Positions 16,174-24,442 of a stretch of DNA of 32,000 nucleotides are shown one piece after another. The position numbers and the translations under genes are program-made. Source of the DNA: Kiritimatiella glycovorans (GTDB lineage Bacteria; Verrucomicrobiota; Kiritimatiellia; Kiritimatiellales; Kiritimatiellaceae); contig NZ_CP010904.1 of the NCBI RefSeq assembly GCF_001017655.1, positions 2,820,001-2,852,000 of the forward strand, given 5' to 3'. Numbering within the stretch: position 1 is the first letter of the stretch; each line of letters starts with the position of its first letter. The notes beneath the pieces are model-generated. The model was not told the origin of the DNA. It worked only from the letters and a program-made list of their open reading frames with translations, and did not search any database.

Positions 16174-17313
16174 ATGGGTACAGATGGCAAAGGTGGAAGG
16201 GTTGCATCTCCGGTGGGCGGTAACGGGGGATTGGTGTCGGATCAGATATATGACTGGCTGCGTGAGCAGATCGAGACGTGGGATATCGACAAGCCGTTGC
16301 CTTCGCAGAACAAGATTATGAAGGATTTCGGCGTTTCGCTGGCGTCGGTGAACACGGCGTTCGGGCGTTTGGTTGACGAGGGGCGGGTGGAGCGCCACCG
16401 CGGGCGGGGGTCGTTCATTGCCCGGAAGGATGTGCGCCAGTACTCGGCAGCAAAGAAAAACTCCCGGCCCAAAGTGGTGATTGTGTCGTACGATTATTTT
16501 TCGGAGACCATCTGGACCAATACGCATCTGTGCGATGAATTCCTGGATCGTGCAGGATACCAGTCGATTCAGTTCAAGCTGAAAAAGACGGATCAGGAAG
16601 GGCGTGTGCGTGAATTTCTTCAGGCAGAAGAAGGGATTGCCGGTGTTGTGGTGGATTTGAGTACGCGCTTGCTGCACATGGACAGCCGTTTTTTGAACAG
16701 CCTGAAGGTTCCGGTTGTGCTGCTGGAGCCGGTGGACAGCCTTGCCGACCTGGACCGGGTTCATGCCGTACACCCGGATTATGAGCAGAGCGGGTTTATG
16801 ATGGCCGAGGAGCTGTTGAAATGCGGCCACCGCCACATCGCGTATGTGGGCGATATCCCTGAAAACGAAGTGACCGATGCACACCGGCGGGGCATCCTTG
16901 CGGCTTTCCGCGAGCACAAAAGGGGTACGCGAAGCCTTGTTTCGCAGAAGAACAGGGCGCAGCCGGGGGAGTATGCCGCCGAGGCGGGATACCGCTTGAC
17001 GGCTCAACTGGTTCGCGAGCACCCGAACGTGGACGGGATTCTGTTCGATTCGGCGCACGGGGCTTTTGCCGCCATCCGTGCTTTGAACGAGGTCGGAAAA
17101 AGGGTTCCGGAGGACGTCAGCGTGATCGGGGAGGGCGATTACAGTTTCGCCCGCTTTTGCAGCCCGCCGATTACGGTGACCGCGTTTGACTCCCGCGAGC
17201 GGATCCGCCGGGCCATCGACTACATCGTCAGTCCTGAAAAGGCCGCTTCCAAGGAAGTGGTGGTTCCTGCCGGGCTGATCCGCCGCAACAGCGTCTTTTC
17301 CCGCAAGCGCTGA
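16174..17313 (+). CDS. Transcriptional regulator, GntR-HTH/LacI-type sugar-binding (AraR-like), copy B
   Basis: ORF 16093..17313, with the start set at the ATG homologous to copy A (MGTDGKGG). The protein differs from copy A by one residue (GDYSFARF versus GDYTFARF). Confidence 0.85.
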   Translation: MGTDGKGGRVASPVGGNGGLVSDQIYDWLREQIETWDIDKPLPSQNKIMKDFGVSLASVNTAFGRLVDEGRVERHRGRGSFIARKDVRQYSAAKKNSRPKVVIVSYDYFSETIWTNTHLCDEFLDRAGYQSIQFKLKKTDQEGRVREFLQAEEGIAGVVVDLSTRLLHMDSRFLNSLKVPVVLLEPVDSLADLDRVHAVHPDYEQSGFMMAEELLKCGHRHIAYVGDIPENEVTDAHRRGILAAFREHKRGTRSLVSQKNRAQPGEYAAEAGYRLTAQLVREHPNVDGILFDSAHGAFAAIRALNEVGKRVPEDVSVIGEGDYSFARFCSPPITVTAFDSRERIRRAIDYIVSPEKAASKEVVVPAGLIRRNSVFSRKR

Positions 17314-17356
17314 CGAACCAATCCCTCCGATTATCTTGCCTCCGCCGGGGTTTAAA

Positions 17357-17372
17357 ATAATCGATTAATCGA
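17357..17372. promoter_or_regulatory. Candidate operator (copy B), palindrome TCGATTAATCGA at 17361..17372
   Basis: Identical to 14475..14490. Confidence 0.5.
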
Positions 17373-17379
17373 AATAATA

Positions 17380-17408
17380 TTGACAGAGGGCGGCCCGTAT
17401 TGTAGATA
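17380..17408 (+). promoter_or_regulatory. Sigma70-like promoter: TTGACA, 17-bp spacer, TAGATA (copy B)
   Basis: Identical to 14498..14526, and about 75 bp upstream of ATG 17484. Confidence 0.5.
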
Positions 17409-17483
17409 GGGGGGCTATGCTTGGATAAAGGAATCGGCGACCGGCCTTTGACACGAACAGGGAAATAAACAAAAGGGGCAAGG

Positions 17484-20400
17484 ATGAAGGCGAATAAGGC
17501 AGTTGTTCTATTTGCGGCTACGGTAGCTTTTGCGGGGGGCGCATGCGCGGACGTGGTGGTTGCCTCCGCGGATGCGATGATTGACGGGGGCGGCCCGGAC
17601 ACGAACTTCGGCAGTGACGACCAATTGTACCTGCGTGGTGGGGGCGGTGTCAGTACGGAAAAACTCTACTACCAGTTCGATGTCGAAGGCATTCTCGGCT
17701 CGGGCGAGGTCTTCGACGGCGTCGAGTTTTCGATCACGACACACCCGACTCAACCTGCCAATACCACCGGTTTTAACTGGACGCTCCACGGGATTACGGA
17801 CAACAACGACTCGTGGACGGAAAACGGCATCACTTGGGCCAACGCTCCGAAGAACGACACGTCCGGAACCGGGGTGGACTCGACCGGAACCACCACCTTG
17901 GCGAATTTCACCTTTGACCCCGTTCCAGCGGGCACAGACACCTACACCATCTCCGGGGCCGGGTTGGACGAGTATCTGAATTGGAAGGCAGGAGCGATCG
18001 CGGACCCCTATGGAAATGGGGCGGCTGACAATACGGTCGCGACCATCATCGTGACGGCGAACAACGGCTTTCTCGGTCGTATCCTTTCGCTGGAAGGAAC
18101 AGGGTTGCAGACCCGCAAGCCGCAGCTTAGCTTTGATGTCGTTCCCTATGTCGTTCCCGAGCTGGCGATCAGTTTTCGAAATCCGCCGCGGGAAGCGAGC
18201 GCCGCCACTTGGTGGCACTGGATGAACGGGAGTGTGACGGAGGAGGGGATTACCAAAGATCTGGAGGCCTTTGCGCGGGTGGGCGTCGAAACCGTGATGC
18301 TCTTCTCAGTCAATCACTACGTGGCCGGCCCGGTGCGATTCGGTACCGATGAGTGGTTTGAGATGATCGAGCATTTCCTGCGCGAGGCGGCACGACTCGA
18401 CCTGGAGGTCGGTTTCCACAACTGCGACGGGTTCAACGAAGCCGGCGGGCCTTGGGTGCCGGTGGAGGAATCGATGAAGCGTTTGAGCTGGACGGAGACG
18501 GCTGTCGAGGCCGGGACGTCAAACCCGATCCGCCTGCCGCTGCCGGACGTGCGCGATGGGTTTTACTGCGATATCGCAGTGTTGGCTTTCCCCGAGGAGG
18601 CGCGCGCTCGGAACCTCCTCACCGCTCGAGCGGTTGACCTCGGCGGTCATCTAGAAGCCCTGACCGACTCCAGTTGGCTCACCGGTCCGGAGCTGCAGAA
18701 GGGTGAAGACGGCCTGGACTACCAATTCACCTTCCGCTTTTGCGAGCCGGCCAGTCCGGCTTCCTTTCTCGCCGTCCTCGACACTGCGGCGCGCCGCGGG
18801 AACGTTAGGCTTGAAGTGAAGCGCGACGAGGCTTGGCGGGTGGTGGGACGTTGCGAGTTCGTCGGGCGGCATGACGCAAGCTACCGGCTCGTCTCGGGAA
18901 AGATCGACGACCTATCGCCAGCAAGGGAATTCCGGCTGAGCGTTTCTGCGGGCTCACCGGTGCGCCTCGCCGAATTGGTGCTTTCCGAGGCACCGCGGGT
19001 GCCTGCTTTCGGGCAGCTCGCCGGTCACCAGAAATACGGTCGCCATTTTGACGAGGCGATTCCACTTCGGGAATGGGGTGCTTCCGATGCCGGGATTGAT
19101 CCTGCCGAAATCATCGACTTGAGCGGTTGCATGGGCCCCGATGGGAGCCTCGACTGGCATCCCGATTCGGGCGATTGGACGGTGATCCGCATGGGCTTTA
19201 CCACGACGGGGGCAAAAAACCACCCGGCCACGCGGGAAGGAACCGGATACGAGGTGGACAAGTTCGATCCCCGGGCGGTCGAGCGCCATTTCGACGCCTA
19301 TCTGGGAAAGATCGCGGAGCTTGCGGCGGAACTGCCGGAGAATCCGCTCCGCTATACCGAAGTCGATAGCTGGGAGGCCGGGCCGCAGAATTGGTCGGCG
19401 GTCTTGCCGGACTTCTTCGCCGGGCGCAATGGCTACTCGCTTGATCCCTGGATGGTCGCGCTAACCGGCCGGATCGTGGAGAGCCCGCTCGCGACCAAGC
19501 AATTCCTCTACGACTTCCGCGAGAGCATCGCCGAAGCCGTCGCGGTGAATTTCATCGGCGAAATGCGGCGGCAATCAGAGGAGCGCGGCCTGACCTTTCT
19601 CTGCGAAGCCTACGGCTCCGGCATCTTCTCACACATTCGATCGGGCTATCAAGCGGGTATGCCAATGGACGAGTTCTGGGGGCGTTACGGCGTCGAAAAC
19701 CCCGATGCCGTTCCCAAAACGAATCCGGAAGCCAAACTGGAGATATCCGAACTCGGCATGGGCCGGGAGATGACCTATCGAGCGCCGTCGGCCGCCCACA
19801 CAGCGCCGTCCGCGCCGTGGCGCAGTCCGCGGGTTTCGGCCGAGGCCTTTACCAGTCAGCCTGTGACCAGCTCCTGGCAGAATCATCCGAGGGCCTTGAA
19901 GCGCTTGGGCGATGCGGCGTTCGCCACCGGCATCAACTGGTTCGTCTTCCACACGAGCACCCATCAGCCCTATGAGGGCTTTGCGCCGGGGATGACCTTC
20001 TCGCGGTGGGGGATTCATTTCGAACGCGCCAACACTTGGTTTGATTTGTCCGCGCCCTGGCTGGACTACCTGGGAAGGGCACAGGCGGTTCTCCAGCACG
20101 GTCGCAGCGTCCGGGAGGTCTGCCTCCTGACCACCCGCGCGATCGACACCTTCGGCCGGCCCTTTGATCTCACACTTGGAAACTACTTTTTCGACTGGGC
20201 AGCACCCGAGGCCCTCGTCGGCGCTGGTGTCGAAGACGGGCGGTTGCTCCTCGCCAACGGCCAGGAATATGATCTCCTGATGCTCGACAGCCGGGAAGGG
20301 ATTCCGCTGGAGGTGTTGCGCAAGCTGTCGGCCTTGCTGGAGGCGGGCCTGACGGTGATCGCGCAAAAGCCGAGCCACCCGATCAGCCGGAGGCACCTGC

Positions 20401-21464
20401 CGGAAGCAGCGGCGGAGGTCGACAGCCTGTCCGACGCTCTCTGGGGTCCGGGCGAACCGGCCCCGCGCGGTGAGCGTTCCATCGGCAATGGGCGGTTGCT
20501 TTGGGGATGGACGCCGGTCGAGGCGCTCGAACATCTGGGCATCCCCAACGACTTCACCATTCCCGGCCAGGAAAACGACCCGGATATTCCGGTCAACTTC
20601 TGCCATCGCCGCCTGCCGGAGCGTGAGGTGTATTTCCTCGCCAACCGGAGTAAACAGAAAATCGCTTTCACCGGCCTGTTCCGTTCGGGCGCGGAAACGG
20701 CCTCCCTATGGTTTCCGGATTCCGGTCGCATCGAACGCTTGGAGGTCATGCAGCGGGACGACGGTCGATGGAGCGCGGAACTCGAACTGGATACCTATGA
20801 ATCGGCTTTCGTTGTCTTCGGACCCGTTCCCCGAGTGGCCGAGCCTCCACCGACTGCTACGCGCACCCTGGCATCCATCCCCGGTCCCTGGACGCTTCGA
20901 TTCCAGCCGGGGCGTGGCGCCCCCGAACAGGTCACCTTGCAGAGTCTGCAGGATCTCGCGGAGCACGATCTCCCCGGAGTCCGCGATTTCTCGGGAGTCA
21001 TCGATTATGAGACGACCTTTTCGTTCGATGGCGACCCGTCGGCGCCGGGGCTGGCGCTGGACTTTGATCGGGTCGAGGTCATTGCCGAGGTTTTTCTCAA
21101 TGGCTCCCAGATCGGCGCAACCTGGACCTTCCCACACCGCATCCCGGTGGGGGAGGCCATGCTCAGAGGGGAAAACCTTCTCCGCGTGCGGGTCGCGACG
21201 ACCTGGGTCAACCGCCTCATCGCCGACTCCAGGCTGCCGATCGATGCCAACTGGCTCCCGGATACCGGGTTGGGTCTCGGCCAGGGCGCCTTCCTCCGCG
21301 AGTGGCCGGAGTGGTTCCAAGACCCGGACCTGCCGCGGCCAACGGAACGCATCGGCTTTGCGACCTACAAGTGGTGGACTCCGGAAGACGCGTCGATGCC
21401 ATCCGGCCTGCTCGGACAGGTGCGACTGGTTGCGGCAATAACCGATTCGGAAGTGTCCCGTTGA
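17484..21464 (+). CDS. Secreted DNRLRE-domain / GH106-like (PF17132-type) glycoside hydrolase, 1326 aa
   Basis: The RBS is aaaggggcaaggATG and the signal peptide is MKANKAVVLFAATVAFAGGACA. The first ~200 aa are about 90% identical to the 14656..15378 product (SWTENGITWANAP). The remainder reads FRNPPREASAATWWHWMNGSVTEEGITKDLEAFARVGV, typical of GH106-like enzymes. A C-terminal jelly-roll is present (VFLNGSQIG...NLLRVRVATTWVNRLI). The family call is from memory of motifs. Confidence 0.85.
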   Translation: MKANKAVVLFAATVAFAGGACADVVVASADAMIDGGGPDTNFGSDDQLYLRGGGGVSTEKLYYQFDVEGILGSGEVFDGVEFSITTHPTQPANTTGFNWTLHGITDNNDSWTENGITWANAPKNDTSGTGVDSTGTTTLANFTFDPVPAGTDTYTISGAGLDEYLNWKAGAIADPYGNGAADNTVATIIVTANNGFLGRILSLEGTGLQTRKPQLSFDVVPYVVPELAISFRNPPREASAATWWHWMNGSVTEEGITKDLEAFARVGVETVMLFSVNHYVAGPVRFGTDEWFEMIEHFLREAARLDLEVGFHNCDGFNEAGGPWVPVEESMKRLSWTETAVEAGTSNPIRLPLPDVRDGFYCDIAVLAFPEEARARNLLTARAVDLGGHLEALTDSSWLTGPELQKGEDGLDYQFTFRFCEPASPASFLAVLDTAARRGNVRLEVKRDEAWRVVGRCEFVGRHDASYRLVSGKIDDLSPAREFRLSVSAGSPVRLAELVLSEAPRVPAFGQLAGHQKYGRHFDEAIPLREWGASDAGIDPAEIIDLSGCMGPDGSLDWHPDSGDWTVIRMGFTTTGAKNHPATREGTGYEVDKFDPRAVERHFDAYLGKIAELAAELPENPLRYTEVDSWEAGPQNWSAVLPDFFAGRNGYSLDPWMVALTGRIVESPLATKQFLYDFRESIAEAVAVNFIGEMRRQSEERGLTFLCEAYGSGIFSHIRSGYQAGMPMDEFWGRYGVENPDAVPKTNPEAKLEISELGMGREMTYRAPSAAHTAPSAPWRSPRVSAEAFTSQPVTSSWQNHPRALKRLGDAAFATGINWFVFHTSTHQPYEGFAPGMTFSRWGIHFERANTWFDLSAPWLDYLGRAQAVLQHGRSVREVCLLTTRAIDTFGRPFDLTLGNYFFDWAAPEALVGAGVEDGRLLLANGQEYDLLMLDSREGIPLEVLRKLSALLEAGLTVIAQKPSHPISRRHLPEAAAEVDSLSDALWGPGEPAPRGERSIGNGRLLWGWTPVEALEHLGIPNDFTIPGQENDPDIPVNFCHRRLPEREVYFLANRSKQKIAFTGLFRSGAETASLWFPDSGRIERLEVMQRDDGRWSAELELDTYESAFVVFGPVPRVAEPPPTATRTLASIPGPWTLRFQPGRGAPEQVTLQSLQDLAEHDLPGVRDFSGVIDYETTFSFDGDPSAPGLALDFDRVEVIAEVFLNGSQIGATWTFPHRIPVGEAMLRGENLLRVRVATTWVNRLIADSRLPIDANWLPDTGLGLGQGAFLREWPEWFQDPDLPRPTERIGFATYKWWTPEDASMPSGLLGQVRLVAAITDSEVSR

Positions 21465-21465
21465 C

Positions 21466-22924
21466 TGTTGAAACTTGAAGGCGGTCTCCTGAGCGTCCAT
21501 GTTGGACGCTCGGGGCAAACCAACCCGAAAGGAGACCGCCATGAGTGACAATAGCGTCCTTGAAGCCCTTGGACAAGTTGAACCGTCTGCAGCAGGAGAT
21601 GTTTTCCGTGACTGGCTGCGTGGTGAAATGCGAACCCTGATCGCCGATATTCTGGCTGAAGAGGTCACAGAACTGTGTGGTCCGGCCTACAAGCCGGCAG
21701 GGGACAGAGGCTGCCGACGTGCCGGCGGAACCCGCGTAGGACTTCGAATTGACGGTATTGATGAGGAGATCCGCAAGCCGCGTGTACGTCGCCATGAGGC
21801 AGACACATCGAAGGAGGTCAGGCTTAAAAGTTACGACGCGGTCAACAGGGCCGACGACCTTCGTGACCGTATCTTGCGTGCCACAGCTGCCGGAGTCAGT
21901 TCACGTGATCAGAAAACCTTGTATCCCGATTCAGCGCCCGGACGCAGCAGGGTTTCCCGCGCCTGGATTGTCGAGGGCCGACAGCGCATACAGAAGCTCC
22001 GTGACCGCGACCTGAAGTCCGAGAGGTTCTTCTGCATGCTGCTGGACGGCATTGTACTGTCCGAGGATCTCAGCGCCATTGTGGGGCTGGGCATTACGCT
22101 GGACGGCCGCAAAGTTATGCTGGATTTTGAAATAGGCGCACAGGAATCGACAGAAGTGTGTGACGCATTGCTCGACCGGCTTGTCCACCGCGGTCTTGAG
22201 TTCGAGGGCGATCCGTTGGCGGTTCTCGACGGTTCTCGGGCACTTCATAACAGCGTCTTGAAGCATTTTCCGCGAGCGCGCATTCAACGATGCCTGGTGC
22301 ATAAGGAACGAAATATTAAGCGTTGTCTCTCCAGGCGTCATCACGGCAGCGTGAGCGACCTTTTCAAGCGTCTCCGCTCCGTGGAAGGCGAAGAAGCCGG
22401 ACGTGAAGCACTCGCCGATCTGGAACGCTTTCTGAGCCGGCACAGCCACAAGGCCCTGGAATCCCTGCACGAGGCCGGTGAGGAGCTCATTACGGTTCAC
22501 AAGCTGAATGCGCCGTCCACTCTACACACCACGTTGACGAACACAAACTGCATCGAGAACCCGTTCCGAAACACACGCGCAAAAATCGGGCGGGTGAAGC
22601 GTTGGCGCGCAGAGACGGATCAGGCGGAACGCTGGCTGGCCTATTCGCTTCTGAGGGCCGAGAAAGGGTTCCGTCGAATCAAAGGCTATCGTCAGATCCC
22701 GGTGCTTTTGAAATCCCTGGGCTGGCCATCGGAAGCTGTTGAGGCGTCGCTCCGCTCCGCCCTTGGCCCTCCGGGCCATCCCGCCTCCGGCGGGAACGGG
22801 CTCCACTCCACGACGCCTCACCCCCAGGCAGAGAGCGAAGCGAACTGCCGAACAGGGACTGGACAAGTGAATGACAAGGAACTACATCGAAATGAAGACC
22901 GAGACCGCCAACGAGTTTCAACAG
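21466..22924 (+). mobile_element. IS256-family insertion sequence (~1459 bp)
   Basis: 24-bp inverted repeats with 3 mismatches: CTGTTGAAACTTGAAGGCGGTCTC at 21466..21489, versus the reverse complement of 22901..22924, CTGTTGAAACTCGTTGGCGGTCTC. The element starts 2 bp after the stop of the upstream hydrolase gene. No clean 8-9 bp TSD was found. Confidence 0.8.
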
Positions 22925-23088
22925 GATTCGGGACATCCCCTCGCCACCACCGCCGCAGTCTGTCGCGCTTACGCCAGTCCGGTTCTCAGCAACGCCCAAG
23001 CCAGTGCCGTTCTGGCTACTTGGCACGCCCGGCCCCATGTCCGTTGTTTCGATGCGGAAGTCGATGGCACCCGCGAATTGTGGCTTGA
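21541..23088 (+). CDS. IS256-family (Mutator-like) transposase; the ORF reads through the right IR
   Basis: ORF 21499..23088, with the start set at ATG 21541 (gaaaggagaccgccATG). Motifs are LLDGIVL, AVLDGSRAL, IQRCLVHKERNI and NCIENPFR. The ORF has no stop inside the IS and continues about 55 codons into flanking DNA, so the C-terminus is probably aberrant. Confidence 0.8.
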   Translation: MSDNSVLEALGQVEPSAAGDVFRDWLRGEMRTLIADILAEEVTELCGPAYKPAGDRGCRRAGGTRVGLRIDGIDEEIRKPRVRRHEADTSKEVRLKSYDAVNRADDLRDRILRATAAGVSSRDQKTLYPDSAPGRSRVSRAWIVEGRQRIQKLRDRDLKSERFFCMLLDGIVLSEDLSAIVGLGITLDGRKVMLDFEIGAQESTEVCDALLDRLVHRGLEFEGDPLAVLDGSRALHNSVLKHFPRARIQRCLVHKERNIKRCLSRRHHGSVSDLFKRLRSVEGEEAGREALADLERFLSRHSHKALESLHEAGEELITVHKLNAPSTLHTTLTNTNCIENPFRNTRAKIGRVKRWRAETDQAERWLAYSLLRAEKGFRRIKGYRQIPVLLKSLGWPSEAVEASLRSALGPPGHPASGGNGLHSTTPHPQAESEANCRTGTGQVNDKELHRNEDRDRQRVSTGFGTSPRHHRRSLSRLRQSGSQQRPSQCRSGYLARPAPCPLFRCGSRWHPRIVA

Positions 23089-23245
23089 ACTTGCTGGCGT
23101 CAGCTCCGCCTCACCGAAGGTCTGGATGGACGCCTACCTCGCCGCTTTCGCGATCCGCGCCGGTCTTCCCCTTGCCACTCTCGATGGCGACCTCCGCCGT
23201 TTCGAAGCCGCCGGTCTCCGGCTTCGCCTCCTGTCCGCTCGGTAG
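22925..23245 (+). pseudogene. PIN-domain (VapC-like) toxin gene, 5'-truncated at the IS256 right end
   Basis: The tail of ORF 22871..23245 reads ...ATWHARPHVRCFDAEVDGTRELWLELAGVSSASPKVWMDAYLAAFAIRAGLPLATLDGDLRRFEAAGLRLRLL. This is the typical C-terminal two-thirds of PIN toxins (xDAxLAAxAI...LATxDxDFxRF). The N-terminal acidic-residue strand and the partner antitoxin are absent. Confidence 0.55.
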
Positions 23246-23399
23246 TCCATCCAGTATGAAGAGCAATGATCCTACCCGGGAACGTCCGCCGCCCGGTTCA
23301 AGAGACCATTCGCTTGATCAAAGCCTTGCGGCCTGATGCCCCATCTCCCACGGGTTTCTCCATGACGACACAAAACACAGGATACGAGGGGTCTGAAGG

Positions 23400-23606
23400 A
23401 TGCGAATCGCTCGGAAAGCCGTTGGCAACAAGGCAATCGTGGACATCGAGACCCTTGCATTGATCGGACACCAACTCCCGCCCTGCGCCCGTGGTCTTGT
23501 CATCGAATGGGCCAGCATCCATCAGGACGAATTGCGAGAAGGCAAGGCGAAGCCGAAAAAAAGCCGACCCGCCCGGAAGGCGGATCGGCTTTTGGCAAAG
23601 CCTTGA
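23400..23606 (+). pseudogene. DUF4160-like gene remnant
   Basis: KAIVDIETLALIGHQLPPCARGLVIEWASIHQDELRE resembles the C-terminal half of DUF4160 proteins (...G.LP....LV.EW...H..EL). The expected N-terminal HxH region is missing or out of frame; a short MPHLPRVSP* ORF starts at 23336. Confidence 0.4.
23556..23594 (-). terminator. Rho-independent (bidirectional) terminator downstream of the PEP-CTERM gene
   Basis: The stem GCCGACCCGCC (23563..23573) pairs with GGCGGATCGGC (23579..23589) with one mismatch, around the loop CGGAA. It is flanked by A7 on one side and T4 on the other. On the minus strand the hairpin is followed by T7, about 30 bp after the stop at 23622. Confidence 0.7.
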
Positions 23607-23621
23607 TGGCCGGTGCCCCGA

Positions 23622-24361
23622 CTAGGTCCGGGATCTTGCGGCGCGTCGCCGCAAAACCAGCAGCCCACTCAGAAACGCGAGCACAAACGCACCGGCGGAC
23701 GGTTCGGGGATGGCGTTAACGGTGAATGACTCCACCGAACCGGACGTGCCGCTCGCACCGTCCGCTAACAACAGGCGGAAATTAGCTCCGCTGGCCAATG
23801 GACTGGAACTGTCCGTAAAGAGCAAGGTGTCCGTAGTGGTGAGATCGACGCTGAAAGTTCCCGCCGAAGTGATGGTTCCACCGCTTATGGTCCGTATGGT
23901 GCTGTCTGCCAATTGGTAGCCGACGCCCCATTCCAGATCGACCGTAGCTCCGGTAACCTCAATTTCGGCTGAGGTGAGCGTGAACTGCTCGCCCGACACG
24001 GCGTTACCGATGCTGTAGTCAAAGCGTCCCGAGCGGGCACCAAATGTAAGACCAGGCTCGTAGAAATTTGGAGAAGCACCCGTCAAGCCCGTTCCATCTG
24101 CCGAAATCACGGCCGGAGACGTTTGCGGCGACGAAATATTTATGAGGTTCTCAGCCAGCGATGAGAGCCAGTTCGTCGCAACGATGGATGTGTCGTCTTG
24201 CAACTGGGCTGTAGTGTATTCATCTCCAGCGCTCAACGGGGTCGCTCCCCCGTTTACGTCCGTGGTGAACAATACAGATTGCGCTGAAGCCGACGATGCG
24301 GTGAAGCCGAGGAGGGCCGCCAGGGAGAGAGAGAGAGAGAAAACTTGGATGTCTTTTTCAT
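23622..24361 (-). pseudogene. PEP-CTERM secreted protein, out of frame at a (TC)8 tract in the signal peptide (candidate phase-variable gene, currently OFF)
   Basis: ATG 24361 opens MKKTSKFSLSLS, which then runs out of frame (ORF 24254..24478). The main ORF 23622..24272 is open upstream to 24323 as LAALLGFTASSASAQSVLFTTDV..., the remainder of a signal peptide. The C-terminus is AIPEPSAGAFVLAFLSGLLVLRRRAARSRT. Confidence 0.8.
24325..24340. repeat. Dinucleotide simple-sequence repeat: (GA)8 on the plus strand, (TC)8 in the coding sense
   Basis: Counted directly. The paralogous position in gene 24808..27495 has (GA)6 at 27463..27474 and is in frame. Confidence 0.95.
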
Positions 24362-24412
24362 GATTTTGTAGGGTTGTAGATTAGATTGACGATAGGAACA
24401 CCCACGATCAAA

Positions 24413-24442
24413 TGGACCAGAACCATTCGAAGTCAACCAGAA
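24413..24442 (-). promoter_or_regulatory. Conserved promoter-like box (copy 2 of 3)
   Basis: The minus strand reads TTCTGGTTGACTTCGAATGGTTCTGGTCCA. TTGACT (24431..24436) is 74 nt upstream of ATG 24361. Flanking sequence out to 24505 is also conserved with 27496..27625. Confidence 0.4.

Larger units (their letters stand above)
16148..17470 (+). repeat. Segmental duplication, copy B
   Basis: See copy A (13266..14588). Identity stops at the RBS region of the downstream gene. Confidence 0.9.

Noticed and set aside
21445-22940. Target-site duplications for the IS256 and IS3 elements.
   Set aside because: No exact 8-9 bp (IS256) or 3-4 bp (IS3) direct repeats lie immediately outside the inferred inverted repeats. 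Only a degenerate, non-adjacent similarity was seen for IS256. I therefore do not claim TSDs for these two elements.
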